The notes below the pieces were generated by a model, which had not been told where the DNA came from, made no database searches, and worked only from the letters and a program-made list of their open reading frames with translations. Positions 29,792-40,432 of a stretch of 64,000 nucleotides of DNA are shown piece by piece. Location of the stretch: assembly GCA_963790475.1 (NCBI GenBank), contig CAWBOS010000010.1:1376001-1440000 (forward strand). The letters are read 5' to 3'. How positions within the stretch are numbered: position 1 is the first letter of the stretch; each line of letters begins with the position of its first letter. Source of the DNA: an uncultured delta proteobacterium (GTDB taxonomy: Bacteria > Desulfobacterota > RBG-13-43-22). The position numbers and the translations under genes are program-made.

Positions 29792-30391
29792 ATGAGACGT
29801 GCCTTGCGATTCTCGCTTATATTCATTTTCTTCGTATCACCATTTCTTAGTCGGCAGCTTATGGCTGAGCCGGCGGAACAAAAGAAGATTCAAGCCGAAG
29901 AGGGAATCGAAAACACCGGTACTGTCAGACAGACACTCGAGATGAAAGACACCGAAGACCCTGTCCGCCCCCTATCCCCGCACAGGTCGTCCATGGCTGT
30001 CGCTGAAGCAAGGTTTATCGATAACCGAGACGGGACAATCACGGATATGAAACGGAGAATAATGTGGCAACGGGACGATAATGGGAAAGAGGTCACCTTC
30101 GAGGAGGCGCAGCAGTACTGTAAGACTTTACAGCTGGGTGGCTATACGGATTGGCGTCTGCCCGGACCGGACGAACAAGAAACAGCGGTGGTCTTCGAAT
30201 TGATGAGGCCCAGACATTCTCCCGATGTCTATGCCCATTTTGATCTCTATTGGTCATCAGACCCCACGGTCTTGCTCCCATTCAACTATCGCCCCGCTCT
30301 TGGGACACAGGTCTCGCGGGCCTACCCGGCAAAGGGTGACCAAAGAGCCTTCGTAAGAGCTGTCCGCTCGTTAGTGCCGGCTAAACCCTAA
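29792..30391 (+). CDS. Secreted DUF1566/Lcl-domain protein
   Basis: RFIDNRDGTITD..MWQ, LGGYTDWRLP, VRAVR. Confidence 0.8.
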   Translation: MRRALRFSLIFIFFVSPFLSRQLMAEPAEQKKIQAEEGIENTGTVRQTLEMKDTEDPVRPLSPHRSSMAVAEARFIDNRDGTITDMKRRIMWQRDDNGKEVTFEEAQQYCKTLQLGGYTDWRLPGPDEQETAVVFELMRPRHSPDVYAHFDLYWSSDPTVLLPFNYRPALGTQVSRAYPAKGDQRAFVRAVRSLVPAKP

Positions 30392-30398
30392 AATAATC

Positions 30399-31199
30399 TC
30401 AATTCCTCTTAGCCAAAAATATCAAAGCAAATAGGGCCAGCATGATCAAAACAATCGTGCCGCCGGTCGAAAGATTCAGATAAAAGGAAGCAAAAATTCC
30501 GGAGATCACCGAAAAGAGCGATATGATTTCGGCATAAATAATGGTGGTTATAAAATTTTTTCGAAACTGCAAGGCGGCCGTAACCGGAATAACAATGAGC
30601 GCGCCAATGAGCAGAATCCCGACGATGGGAATGGCCAGCGAAACCGTGAGGGCGGAAAGGACAATAAGGACGGTGTTAACCAGACGAACCGGAACTCCGC
30701 TGACCTTGGCGGCCTCCTCATCGAAGGTAACGTACACCAGCTCTTTGTAAAAAGCCGCTAAAATAAAAATAACGACCAGGGCCAGGATTGAAATGATAAG
30801 GACGTCCTTTTGGGTGACGGTCACAATACTGCCGAATAAATAATCAAACAGGTTGGTATTGAACCCATGAGTCCAGCTTAGAATGACGACCGCCAGGGCC
30901 AGGCTTCCTGAAAGAAAAAGGGCCAAAGCCGACTCGCCGTAAACCTTTTTGGAGGTACGCAAACGATCGATGCCCAAGGAGGCTACAACTGCGGTGATCA
31001 GGGCGGTCAAAATGGGACTAAGTCCGAGGAACAATCCGATGGCGATCCCCGCCAGGGAGATATGGGCCAGGGTATCCGCTATAAGAGAATACCTCCGGAG
31101 AACCAGAAAAATTCCGATGAACGGAGCGATAAGGGCGACAATGATCCCCGCTTCCAGCCCTCGAACAATGAACCCGTATTGAAAAAGATTTAAAATCAT
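30399..31199 (-). CDS. znuB: Zinc ABC permease
   Basis: DTLAHISLAG, YLFGSI, TFDEEAA. Confidence 0.9.
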   Translation of the reverse strand: MILNLFQYGFIVRGLEAGIIVALIAPFIGIFLVLRRYSLIADTLAHISLAGIAIGLFLGLSPILTALITAVVASLGIDRLRTSKKVYGESALALFLSGSLALAVVILSWTHGFNTNLFDYLFGSIVTVTQKDVLIISILALVVIFILAAFYKELVYVTFDEEAAKVSGVPVRLVNTVLIVLSALTVSLAIPIVGILLIGALIVIPVTAALQFRKNFITTIIYAEIISLFSVISGIFASFYLNLSTGGTIVLIMLALFALIFLAKRN

Positions 31200-31970
31200 T
31201 TAGGGGTGGTGATGATAGGTGATAATTTTAACGTCTTGTCCAAAAACTTTATCAGACCGGCTTTCTTTTAGATATTCTTCGGGCGAAGCATGGCAGGTCA
31301 GAGTCCGATCGACACAGTTGATATGCATCACTTCCTGGGTTATCCGCCCGATATCATGGGAGACGATAGCGATGGCCAGACCCTGTTCCTGATTGAGATT
31401 TTTAAGGAGCGCAAAAAACCGGTCTTGCGTCTTCTCATCCGTGCCGGCAGTCGGCTCATCCAAAAAAATCACCTCCGGTTGATTCACCAGGGCCCGCGCA
31501 ATAAACACGCGCTGCTGCTGACCTACCGAAAGATCGCCGATGAGGCGCTCCCGATATCCCCACATAGCGACTTTCTCAAGGGCGTCTTTCACGGCTTTCC
31601 GGTCTTCTTTCGTGGTCCTTTGAAATAACCCTCTTTTTACATATCGGCCCATGAGCACCACTTCCTGGGCATTGGCCGGAAAATTGACATCAAAATTTGT
31701 GGCCTTCTGTGGAACATAACCGATCTTGTGCCAATCTTTGAAAACATTAATATCTTGTCCGAATAATTTCACCGTTCCACTCTTTGGAGTAAACAGATGG
31801 AGTATGATTTTAAAAAGTGTCGTTTTCCCCGCACCATTCGGACCGATGAATCCGATATAATCTCCCTGGTGTATTTCAAGGGTAATGTTCTCCAAAACAT
31901 TCTCGATACCGTCATAGGTAAAGAAAACCTCTTTGACTTCAATGATATTTTTGGTGTGATCTACCGGCAT
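31200..31970 (-). CDS. znuC: Zinc ABC ATPase
   Basis: GPNGAGKTT, LSVGQQQRV; His-rich tail. Confidence 0.9.
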   Translation of the reverse strand: MPVDHTKNIIEVKEVFFTYDGIENVLENITLEIHQGDYIGFIGPNGAGKTTLFKIILHLFTPKSGTVKLFGQDINVFKDWHKIGYVPQKATNFDVNFPANAQEVVLMGRYVKRGLFQRTTKEDRKAVKDALEKVAMWGYRERLIGDLSVGQQQRVFIARALVNQPEVIFLDEPTAGTDEKTQDRFFALLKNLNQEQGLAIAIVSHDIGRITQEVMHINCVDRTLTCHASPEEYLKESRSDKVFGQDVKIITYHHHP

Positions 31971-32911
31971 TGCAAGGCTATTCGCAAGTTAACGAGGTTT
32001 TTTTCCATTTCGGTGAAATAGGTTTTGCCCTGGGCCAATTCCTGGTCGCTTAATCCCTCGATAGGATTGAGCACAAGAGTTTGGGCTCCGACTTCCGTTG
32101 CAATCGTCTGGGAAAGCCTGGGGCTGACAAGGCTCTCGAAAAAAATGGTTTTCACGTGATGTTTTTTGGCGAATCCGACGATATTCGCCATTTGCTGCGG
32201 GGAGGGTTCGGCATCCGGAGAAAGTCCCGCGAGGGAAACTTGTTTCAATCCGTAGGTCGTTGCCAAGTAGCCAAAGGCCGAGTGAGAGGTAATGATAATT
32301 TTTTCACCGCAATGGCTCAGCCCCTGCCTATAGGCCGCATCCAACTGGCTCAATTTGGATTTGAGTGCCGCCGCATTAGATTCGTAAACATCCTTATGGG
32401 CAGGGTCGACCTGTATAAAACCCCGGACAATATGATCGACCATCTTTTGAGCCAGCGGGGGATCAAGCCAAACATGGGGATCGGTCATCATTCGCCCCTC
32501 CTCATTCATTTGCTGGTTAGTCAGTCCCTGGCCGGCAACCACGATCAACAGCTTCTTCGGGTTTATATTCTGCCGGATATTGGCACCCCAGGCTTCCAGC
32601 CCTCCGCCATTCAAAACCAGTAATTGGCTGCCCTCAATTTGCGCCATGTCTCGGGCCGTTGGTTCATAATCATGCGGTTCAGCCCCCGCGGGGGTTAGGT
32701 TGACGACAATCGCCTGGTCACCGCCGATTTGCCGGGAGAAAAAAGCGAGGGGATAAAAACTGGTTACTACCCGAAGCCTTCCCCTTTGGTCCGGTTTGGA
32801 AGGCCGGCCGGCCGTTCTTATTAAAATAAGAACAATTCCGAGAAAAATAAATCCGAGAATAAAAGAAATGATGACTTTTTTCCCCATAGTCCTAAAAATG
32901 AGGATAATCAC
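31961..32911 (-). CDS. znuA: Zinc ABC substrate-binding protein
   Basis: EPHDYEP, DPHVWLDP, SHSAFGY. Confidence 0.9.
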   Translation of the reverse strand: MIILIFRTMGKKVIISFILGFIFLGIVLILIRTAGRPSKPDQRGRLRVVTSFYPLAFFSRQIGGDQAIVVNLTPAGAEPHDYEPTARDMAQIEGSQLLVLNGGGLEAWGANIRQNINPKKLLIVVAGQGLTNQQMNEEGRMMTDPHVWLDPPLAQKMVDHIVRGFIQVDPAHKDVYESNAAALKSKLSQLDAAYRQGLSHCGEKIIITSHSAFGYLATTYGLKQVSLAGLSPDAEPSPQQMANIVGFAKKHHVKTIFFESLVSPRLSQTIATEVGAQTLVLNPIEGLSDQELAQGKTYFTEMEKNLVNLRIALQCR

Positions 32912-32926
32912 CAGCGGATGAAAACG

Positions 32927-33346
32927 CTACAGGCAGTGACTGCACAACCCGTAGAACTCCAAGGAATGGGAACTGACCTTGAATTTCTCTTTTTTGTAGA
33001 TCTCCCGCTCCTGCTCTTCCAGGTGTTTATCCAAAACGATTTTCTGTACCTTGTTGCATTTAGTGCACACCAGATGATGATGATGCTCCGATGTTAATTC
33101 ATAATACACCTTATGGTCGGCCAATTGTATCTTCCGGATAATATTTTTCTCAAGCAGGAAACACAAGCCGCGATAAATGGTAGTTCGATCCCCTTTAAGG
33201 TTCTGCGTCTTTAACCGAGCAATAAATTCCGAAAGAGTTAGCAAACAATTTTCTTCAGAGAAAATTTTTACCATGGCCTTGCGGATCTTTGTGAGACGGT
33301 GGCCGTCTTCTTTAATTTTTTCAAGTATAGAATTTATTTCTGACAT
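32927..33346 (-). CDS. zur: Fur-family regulator, Zur
   Basis: HHHHLVCTKC, FYGLCSHC; first gene of the znu operon. Confidence 0.85.
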   Translation of the reverse strand: MSEINSILEKIKEDGHRLTKIRKAMVKIFSEENCLLTLSEFIARLKTQNLKGDRTTIYRGLCFLLEKNIIRKIQLADHKVYYELTSEHHHHLVCTKCNKVQKIVLDKHLEEQEREIYKKEKFKVSSHSLEFYGLCSHCL

Positions 33347-33354
33347 AATTAGTT

Positions 33355-33493
33355 CTCATCCGGAAATCCAAAATTTCCGGATAGCTTCCAGCAGTCAGCA
33401 TTTAGCCCAACTCCCCAAGGATAAAAGGTTTTGCTGAAGCCAAAAGCTGATGGCTGAACGCTCCATCCGGAAGACAGCACCTTTCCGGATGAG
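33355..33493. mobile_element. MITE-like element in the zur 5' UTR
   Basis: 12-bp terminal IR CTCATCCGGAAA / TTTCCGGATGAG. Confidence 0.6.
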
Positions 33494-33502
33494 CTTTTTT
33501 AT

Positions 33503-33548
33503 TGCAACATTGTTGCATTAAATTACCTCCTTCTGTTTCAGGTGTCAA
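33503..33548 (-). promoter_or_regulatory. Sigma70 promoter plus Zur box for zur-znuACB
   Basis: TTGACA-17bp-TAATTT, immediately followed by the palindrome TGCAACA-N-TGTTGCA (33503-33517). Confidence 0.75.
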
Positions 33549-33861
33549 GCCATTTTTGAGACTCGTTCCCCTGCACTTTTAGGTAACTATTGAATTGGGG
33601 AGCCTTTCCAATAAGGGAGGTCGAGGGATCTTTTTCCCGGGATTTCAAGCCGAAATAAGCAGGAGGGATATAGGCGGTGCCGGTTTCCGGCTCATCTGTG
33701 GGAGAGGATGGCCGCGGGACTTGCCGTTGATTTTATTAGGGGAGAACACGGAGGGGCTCCGGTTCGGAGAGGCGAGCCTACACCCCGGAGTGAAGGGGAA
33801 AAAGAAATAATTTCTTAAGCCTCATTTATATGCACTTGCCAAATTAGTTGAGACCAATCGT

Positions 33862-34182
33862 TTAGGGATTGGACGGACTATCTTGTCGCAGGAATGGTTT
33901 TTTAAAGGAGTGAAACCTTTTCCTTACCTCAATCAATTTGGACCTGATATTTTGCCCGGGTTCTACTCCAAGAGTAGTCTTGGTTATATTATCAGTGAAC
34001 AAGGCGACAGGCGGCTGGTCATTGACCCGTTGTTGCATCCCATTAAACCATAAGCCTAATCTGATCCCTTTTCTTGCAAAGTCGATGATCAAATCCATCT
34101 CCTGAAGTTTGGAAATAAAATTCTCCTTTTCAATCAGGATAGAATTATCACCGGAAAATGATTTTTTTCCTTTAGTTTTCAA
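33862..34182 (-). CDS. Hypothetical protein
   Basis: 106-aa ORF with GAAGG upstream of a TTG start; no recognisable motif. Confidence 0.35.
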   Translation of the reverse strand: MKTKGKKSFSGDNSILIEKENFISKLQEMDLIIDFARKGIRLGLWFNGMQQRVNDQPPVALFTDNITKTTLGVEPGQNIRSKLIEVRKRFHSFKKPFLRQDSPSNP

Positions 34183-34550
34183 ATTATTACCTTCGATCTA
34201 TTTTTAAGCGGTTCTTTTGAGAAAAAGAATCGTCTTTAGAAATTTCTCAATTTTATTATCTTATGAAGACACACCAGAATAAATAAGGCAAAGGGATTAT
34301 TTTATTTATTAGAATACTGTATTCTTCGGTTACAACACAGTTATTGGGGTCGATGTCAGGAAGAGAATTGTGTCCGGGCCTGGAGGACGGATGCCGGGTT
34401 TTTGGAAAAGAATTTTCTCCAGCCCCAACCCCCAACTCTGACCTTGCAATTTTCAATAAGTTTTCCTTATGTTTCTTGAGAAATGCAAGACCCCAATTCA
34501 CCTCACAACTAAACTCATTAATTTTTCAATAAGTTATGACTATTTATTTC

Positions 34551-34566
34551 TGGCATACCCCTTGCA
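34551..34566 (+). promoter_or_regulatory. Sigma54 (-24/-12) promoter
   Basis: TGGCATACCCCTTGCA, matching GG-N10-GC. Confidence 0.75.
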
Positions 34567-34685
34567 TCCTTTAATGGGATGGGAATTTTAGGACTTCCCT
34601 TCTAGGGTATCACCAGGGATAAAATGGATGAATGTTCCAAAGAAATTCTCTTGGGAGGTCCCTCCAAAACAAAGGAAAAAAGAAA

Positions 34686-35984
34686 ATGAGCAAGAGATTA
34701 TTGAGCATGACCTTGGCCATTTTGATGTTTTCCGGATTGGCCATAACAGCCGGAGCAGAAGAAATCAAGCCCGAGGCACCCAAACCTGAGGCAACAAAGG
34801 CCGAGGAAGCCAAGCCGGCGGAGGCCCCGGCAGCAGTGCCAGGGCTGTTGATGAGCACTTTGGGCAAGGCGGGACTGGCCGCACCTTTGGATAAGGCTGG
34901 GATCAACATCTACGGCTACATTGAAGGCGGCTACATGCACGACGTCACCTCGAGTCACGATGGTCCAACCTTCATCGGGTATAACAGTTTCAAGGACACG
35001 GGTATCCTTAACAAGATCAGTTTGAACATCGAACGCACGGTCGATCCGACCAAGAAGCAGTTTGACCTTGGTTTCCACCTGGAAGAAATCTGGGGTACGG
35101 ATGCCGCGTTTATCCACTCGAATGGGATCGGTGATACGCAGACGGATCGATATCAATGGGACCTTCTCCAAGGCTATGTGGACATGACCATCCCCGGCAT
35201 GCCGGTGCGAATCCGCGCAGGCAAATGGATCGAACTGGCGGGTTTCGAGCAGTTCAGCGCCAACATCTACGGGGCTTTCGGTGATCCGTTCAGGTCACTC
35301 TATTCTTTCAGCTACCAATTCCTCTATGCCGAGCCGGGCACACAGACGGGCGTTTTGGTCACTTACGTGCCGAATCCCAAGTGGTCCTTTGACGCTGGCT
35401 TTACGCGTGGCTGGAACCAGTCCACCCGCGACGCCAACGATGCCCTGGACTTTTTAGGTCGCGTCACCTTTACCCCCAGCGACAAGACATCCATCGTTTT
35501 CGTTATGACGGAAGGGCCGGAGTTCCCGATAGGCGTCGGGAACAATCTGCCTAATGGCGACTCCGGTGACTGGTGGACCGCGTTGGACCTGGTTGTCACC
35601 CAGAAGATTACTGAAAAATTAAGCCTCGGCTTGGGCATTGACTACGTCTATGCTCCGCAAATCCCCGGCTTAACGAGCGGTGCCAAGCAGTGGGGAGGTG
35701 TGGCAGGCTACGTCAGCTACGCGATCGATCCGCGCCTCACGCTCAACACCCGGCTGGAGTGGTATAAAGACGACGCTGATGGCTTCTCCACCGGTGCGTC
35801 CGTCAGCGCTAACTACTATGAGGCGACGGCGGGCGTGGCCATCAAGCCTTTCCCGAAAGACAAGTTTCTCTCGAAGTTGCTGTTCAGACCGGAAGTTCGC
35901 TACGACCACTCCGACCAGCCGGTCTTCAACAGTGGCGACAAAGATCAGTTGACCTTCAGCGTGAACGCCCTCTTCACCTTTTAG
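34686..35984 (+). CDS. Outer-membrane beta-barrel porin (BBP2/DUF1597-like), kdp-associated
   Basis: Signal peptide, GLLM..L..AG, RPEVRYD, terminal F. Confidence 0.8.
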   Translation: MSKRLLSMTLAILMFSGLAITAGAEEIKPEAPKPEATKAEEAKPAEAPAAVPGLLMSTLGKAGLAAPLDKAGINIYGYIEGGYMHDVTSSHDGPTFIGYNSFKDTGILNKISLNIERTVDPTKKQFDLGFHLEEIWGTDAAFIHSNGIGDTQTDRYQWDLLQGYVDMTIPGMPVRIRAGKWIELAGFEQFSANIYGAFGDPFRSLYSFSYQFLYAEPGTQTGVLVTYVPNPKWSFDAGFTRGWNQSTRDANDALDFLGRVTFTPSDKTSIVFVMTEGPEFPIGVGNNLPNGDSGDWWTALDLVVTQKITEKLSLGLGIDYVYAPQIPGLTSGAKQWGGVAGYVSYAIDPRLTLNTRLEWYKDDADGFSTGASVSANYYEATAGVAIKPFPKDKFLSKLLFRPEVRYDHSDQPVFNSGDKDQLTFSVNALFTF

Positions 35985-36336
35985 GATCGCCCCGGCGTTT
36001 GTCACCGCCTGGGCCTACCGGAGACGAGGGTATCAAGAACCTGTCCTCGGATTGGTAGAAAAGGGGAAAAAGATTGAAACCTTTTTGGCATGTTTGCCTG
36101 GGAATTGTCAATGATCAACACACAATTTACTCAAAATTAGGGGTTGTTCCAATTATTCTCTTCTCTTGTCCTTCAAGCCGCCATGCAAATCTCGAGAAGT
36201 TTTTATCTTGCTTTTTGGGAGTGCAAGGTGCAAATCTTTCTTGCAAATAAGAGTTGAGGGCTTACAATAAACTAAATAAAGGGATAATTTGCTGTAATTT
36301 GCTTCGTTTTAATAAATTAACCAAAAAAGAGTACCC

Positions 36337-38181
36337 ATGTTAGGTCTTCGACAAAAAATATCTCTCGGCTTCGGCGGGCTGCTGATCATTATTTTATTTA
36401 TCGGAATCCAGAGTATCATTCAACTCAGCCGTCTGGGAGAGTCCATCGATGTCATCCTGCGAGAAAACTATCGGAGTGTCATCGCCTGTCAGGAGATGAA
36501 AGAAGCCCTGGAACGTATTGATAGCGGAGTCCTTTTTTCGCTTCAGGGAAACACCCCAAAAGGCCATGAACAGATTCGTATCAATGAAAAGGCCTTTGAA
36601 AAGGCCCTTCAGGTGGAATTGAACAATATCACACTTCCCAGTGAAGGCGGAAAGGCCGCATTGCTGCAAAAGAATTACAGTCAATACAAAAGCTCCCTTA
36701 AGGAAGTGGTTGATAGTCCCCTTCCAATTAATCATCGTCGTCAGACTTATTTTGATGAACTCCTTCCCTTGTTCGACCGTATTAAAGGAACCGCCAACGA
36801 AATCCTTCAAATGAACCAGCAAAATATGCACGAAGCCAATGATCGGGCCCGCCGGAGTGCCGCTACGGCTAAAAGGGAGATGGTCTTTCTTTTATTGGCG
36901 GGAATGATCATCGCCGTAGGATTTTTATTTTTTTTCGGGAAATGGGTCTTGCGCCCTATTAACCGCCTGATCCAATCTACCGATGAAATCAGAAAAGGAA
37001 ACCTGGACCTGGTTGTCCAAAGCACCTCCCACGACGAGATTGGTCATCTTTCCCAAGCCTTTAATGACATGGCCACAAGCCTCAGGGAGTTTCGCCGTTC
37101 CAACCGTTCCAAATTGTTTCGGATCCAGCAGGCCACGCAACAGGCCTTTGACAGTCTCCCGGAAGCGGTGGCGGTTATCGACCCGGAAGGCAAGGTGGAG
37201 GTGGCCACGGAAGCGGCTAGGAGATTTTTTGGCTTGCAGCCCAACACTTCTATCAAGGATTTGCCCCTTGAATGGATAAATGGTTTGGTGGGGGAGGCCT
37301 TTAAGCTGGCCCGGACAACCGAGCCCAAAGACAACCAAACGGTTATTCAACATTTTATCAAAGGAGAAGAGCGCTTCTTTCGCCCGGAGGCAGTACCCAT
37401 ATTGGATAGTGAAAGGCAACCCACCGGGGTCGTCCTGGTCCTGCAAGACATCACCCAGATCAGACAGCAGGATGAGATAAAAAGAGGGATGATCTCCACT
37501 GTATCCCATCAGCTCAAGACGCCTCTCACTTCCATTCGTATGGCCATCCACCTCCTGCTGGAGGAAAAAGTAGGCCCCCTGACGGAACAACAGGTCGATC
37601 TTCTTTTAACGGCCCGGGAAGACAGCGACCGGCTGCACAATATTCTCAACAACCTGCTGGATATCAGCCGCATCGAATCCGGCAAGACCAAGATGGAATT
37701 TCGGGCGGTTTCCCCCAATTCCCTCCAAATGGAAGCCTTGGAGCCCTTTTGGAGGGCGGCCCACGACCAGGGAGTGACTCTGCTCGTCGATATACCGGGA
37801 GAATTACCCGACGTCTGGGCCGATCCGACCAGGATTTACTATGTCTTTAGCAATCTTCTCTCCAATGCCTTTAGATACACCCCGCCCGGAGGCAAGATTA
37901 CTTTTTCGGCCCGGACGGAAGAAAAGCAGGTCCGTTTTTCCGTCGCCGACACGGGAAAGGGGATCCCCGCTCAATATCTCCCCAGGATTTTTGAACAATT
38001 TTTTCGGGTCCCCGGTCAGGAAAAGGAATCAGGGGCCGGTCTCGGACTGGCCATTGTTAAAGAAATCATCGAAGCCCACGGTGGGACAGTGGGCGTGGAA
38101 AGTCAGGAAGGGAAAGGGAGCACCTTTATCTTTACCCTTAGGACAGTCGACCAGACTTCAAAGACGGAGGATGATTCATGA
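36337..38181 (+). CDS. KinB-like sensor histidine kinase (periplasmic 4HB-HAMP-PAS-HisKA-HATPase)
   Basis: ILRENYRSV, SHQLKTPL, GAGLGLAI. Confidence 0.88.
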   Translation: MLGLRQKISLGFGGLLIIILFIGIQSIIQLSRLGESIDVILRENYRSVIACQEMKEALERIDSGVLFSLQGNTPKGHEQIRINEKAFEKALQVELNNITLPSEGGKAALLQKNYSQYKSSLKEVVDSPLPINHRRQTYFDELLPLFDRIKGTANEILQMNQQNMHEANDRARRSAATAKREMVFLLLAGMIIAVGFLFFFGKWVLRPINRLIQSTDEIRKGNLDLVVQSTSHDEIGHLSQAFNDMATSLREFRRSNRSKLFRIQQATQQAFDSLPEAVAVIDPEGKVEVATEAARRFFGLQPNTSIKDLPLEWINGLVGEAFKLARTTEPKDNQTVIQHFIKGEERFFRPEAVPILDSERQPTGVVLVLQDITQIRQQDEIKRGMISTVSHQLKTPLTSIRMAIHLLLEEKVGPLTEQQVDLLLTAREDSDRLHNILNNLLDISRIESGKTKMEFRAVSPNSLQMEALEPFWRAAHDQGVTLLVDIPGELPDVWADPTRIYYVFSNLLSNAFRYTPPGGKITFSARTEEKQVRFSVADTGKGIPAQYLPRIFEQFFRVPGQEKESGAGLGLAIVKEIIEAHGGTVGVESQEGKGSTFIFTLRTVDQTSKTEDDS

Positions 38182-38261
38182 TCGATCTTATTTATATTTT
38201 AATTTCAATCGTTTTTTTTGGCTTGTGTGTCCTTTACATGCGGGCCTGTGAAAGGCTGTAA
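38178..38261 (+). CDS. 27-aa membrane peptide preceding kdpF
   Basis: MIDLIYILISIVFFGLCVLYMRACERL; ATGA overlap with the kinase stop; GGAGG SD. Confidence 0.7.
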   Translation: MIDLIYILISIVFFGLCVLYMRACERL

Positions 38262-38262
38262 C

Positions 38263-38346
38263 ATGTCGGATATTATTGGATTGATTATCGGGCTGATCCT
38301 GATCGTTTATCTCTTTATAACCGTTCTTCGGCCTGAAAAGTTTTAA
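38263..38346 (+). CDS. kdpF: K+-transporting ATPase subunit F
   Basis: MSDIIGLIIGLILIVYLFITVLRPEKF. Confidence 0.9.
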   Translation: MSDIIGLIIGLILIVYLFITVLRPEKF

Positions 38347-38360
38347 AAGAAATGTTTTTG

Positions 38361-38554
38361 TTCACCGCAAAGACCCAAAAGAACGCAGGGAGAATCATAT
38401 TTATTCAATCCCGTGAGAGGCGGGATTGAATAAACAACACTGGCCTCCGGCAAAATAATTACCCGCAGGGTAGCGAAAGCTTTTTCCTTTCTGTCCTCTC
38501 AACAGAAAAGGAAAAATTATTTCCCCTTTGCGTTCTTTGCGGCTCTGCGGTGAA
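38361..38554. repeat. Palindromic repeat inserted between kdpF and kdpA
   Basis: TTCACCGCA...TGCGGTGAA ends; internal hairpin TTATTCAATCCCG...CGGGATTGAATAA. Confidence 0.65.
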
Positions 38555-38610
38555 AACAGTTTTAGAAAAACTAAACTGGTGCAACAAAATGATGCTACAA
38601 AAGGAATAGA

Positions 38611-40416
38611 ATGATGGACTTTTACGGATGGATTCAACTCACACTCTATATGCTGGTTCTTCTGGCACTGACCAAACCCATGGGCCTTTATTTGGTTCAG
38701 GTCCTGGACGCCGAAGGCAAGACCTTTCTCGATCCGGTTCTACGGCCTTTGGAACGGGTCTTGTACCGGTTCTTTGGTCTGGACCCGAAAAAGGAGCAGG
38801 ACTGGAAAGGCTATACCTTTTCCCTGCTTCTGTTCAGCCTGGTCGGGTTGCTGTTTACTTATTTTATCCTTCGACTTCAGCACCTGCTGCCTCTCAATCC
38901 CCAGGGCCTCGGGCCGGTTCCCGCCGACCTGGCCTTTAATACGGCGGCCAGCTTCACCACCAACACCAACTGGCAGAATTACGGCGGGGAGTCTACCCTC
39001 TCCTATTTCTCGCAGATGGTGGGTCTTGTTTTTCATAATTTCGCTTCAGCCGCCGTGGGCCTGGCCGCGGCCGCGGCCCTGGTACGCGGCATTGCCCGTC
39101 ATTCAGCCAAAACGATCGGCAACTTCTGGGTCGATTTAATCCGGGGAAACCTTTACCTGCTGCTGCCGATCAGTCTGGTACTGGCCATCTTCCTGGTCTC
39201 ACAGGGCATGATCCAGAACTTTAAGGCCTATGATTCGGCCAGCCTCATCGAACCCATGACCGTCCAGATGCCCAAAAAGGATACCAACGGCCAGGAGGTC
39301 AAGGATGCCCAGGGCAACCCGGTGATAGAAGAGCAGAAGTTAACACAACAAACCCTTTCTCAAGGTCCGGTGGCCTCGCAGGTGGCCATCAAGATGCTGG
39401 GGACCAACGGCGGCGGTTTTTTCAACGCCAATGCCTCCCATCCTTATGAGAATCCTACCCCCTTATCCAATTTTTTTCAGATGCTGGCCATCTTTCTCAT
39501 TCCCAGCGGCTTGACCTATTATCTGGGCCGCATGGTCAAAAACCAAAAGCATGGCTGGGCCATCTGGAGCGCCATGACCATTCTTTTTCTCAGCGCCTTC
39601 CTGGTCTGCTGGTACGCTGAATCGGCCGGCAATCCGCGTCTGCAAGCCCTTGGCCTGGACCCGGTAAACGTGAACATGGAGGGGAAAGAGGTGCGTTTCG
39701 GGATCTTCAATTCCGCCCTTTTTGCCTCCATCACCACCGACGCCTCTTGCGGGGCGGTCAATGCCCTGCATGATTCCTTTACCCCTCTGGGAGGACTGAT
39801 CCCCCTTTTTAACATCCAGTTGGGCGAGGTCGTTTTCGGGGGAGTTGGTGCGGGATTGTATGGAATGCTTATCTTCGTTATTTTGGCCGTATTCCTGACC
39901 GGTTTGATGGTCGGCCGTACACCCGAGTATCTGGGAAAAAAGATAGAACCCTATGAGGTGAAGGTGAGCGTTCTGGCCCTCATGATACTGATCTTCAGTA
40001 TCCTCTGCTTCTCGGCCTGGGCCCTGGTCAGCAAATGGGGATTGGCCGGCTTGAACAATGGCGGTCCCCATGGGTTGAGCGAGATACTCTATGCCTTTTC
40101 ATCGGCCACCGGAAATAATGGCAGCGCCTTCGCCGGACTGAGCGGTAATACCCCTTGGTACAACACCACCCTGGGGCTGGCCATGCTTTTCGGACGGTTT
40201 ATCATGCTGGTGCCGGTCATGGCCCTGGCCGGGAGTCTGGCCGGGAAAAAACTTGTCCCCTCCTCCGGTGGAAGTTTTCCGGTCTGGGGTTTGACCTTTA
40301 CCCTCGTCTTAGTGGGTACGGTAGTAATCGTCGGGGCCCTGACTTTTCTCCCGGCCCTGGCCCTGGGTCCTGTCGTCGAACACTTTCTGATGACCGGATC
40401 AAAAATTCTCTTTTAA
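38611..40416 (+). CDS. kdpA: K+-transporting ATPase subunit A
   Basis: TNTNWQ, LGTNGGG, GGVGAG, NNGSAF. Confidence 0.97.
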   Translation: MMDFYGWIQLTLYMLVLLALTKPMGLYLVQVLDAEGKTFLDPVLRPLERVLYRFFGLDPKKEQDWKGYTFSLLLFSLVGLLFTYFILRLQHLLPLNPQGLGPVPADLAFNTAASFTTNTNWQNYGGESTLSYFSQMVGLVFHNFASAAVGLAAAAALVRGIARHSAKTIGNFWVDLIRGNLYLLLPISLVLAIFLVSQGMIQNFKAYDSASLIEPMTVQMPKKDTNGQEVKDAQGNPVIEEQKLTQQTLSQGPVASQVAIKMLGTNGGGFFNANASHPYENPTPLSNFFQMLAIFLIPSGLTYYLGRMVKNQKHGWAIWSAMTILFLSAFLVCWYAESAGNPRLQALGLDPVNVNMEGKEVRFGIFNSALFASITTDASCGAVNALHDSFTPLGGLIPLFNIQLGEVVFGGVGAGLYGMLIFVILAVFLTGLMVGRTPEYLGKKIEPYEVKVSVLALMILIFSILCFSAWALVSKWGLAGLNNGGPHGLSEILYAFSSATGNNGSAFAGLSGNTPWYNTTLGLAMLFGRFIMLVPVMALAGSLAGKKLVPSSGGSFPVWGLTFTLVLVGTVVIVGALTFLPALALGPVVEHFLMTGSKILF

Positions 40417-40432
40417 AGGGGTAAATAAAATC

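Noticed and set aside
33595-33810. G-rich stretch as a possible riboswitch or ORF
   Set aside because: No recognisable aptamer consensus; the ORF lacks an SD or motifs and is possibly a decayed small gene on the minus strand.
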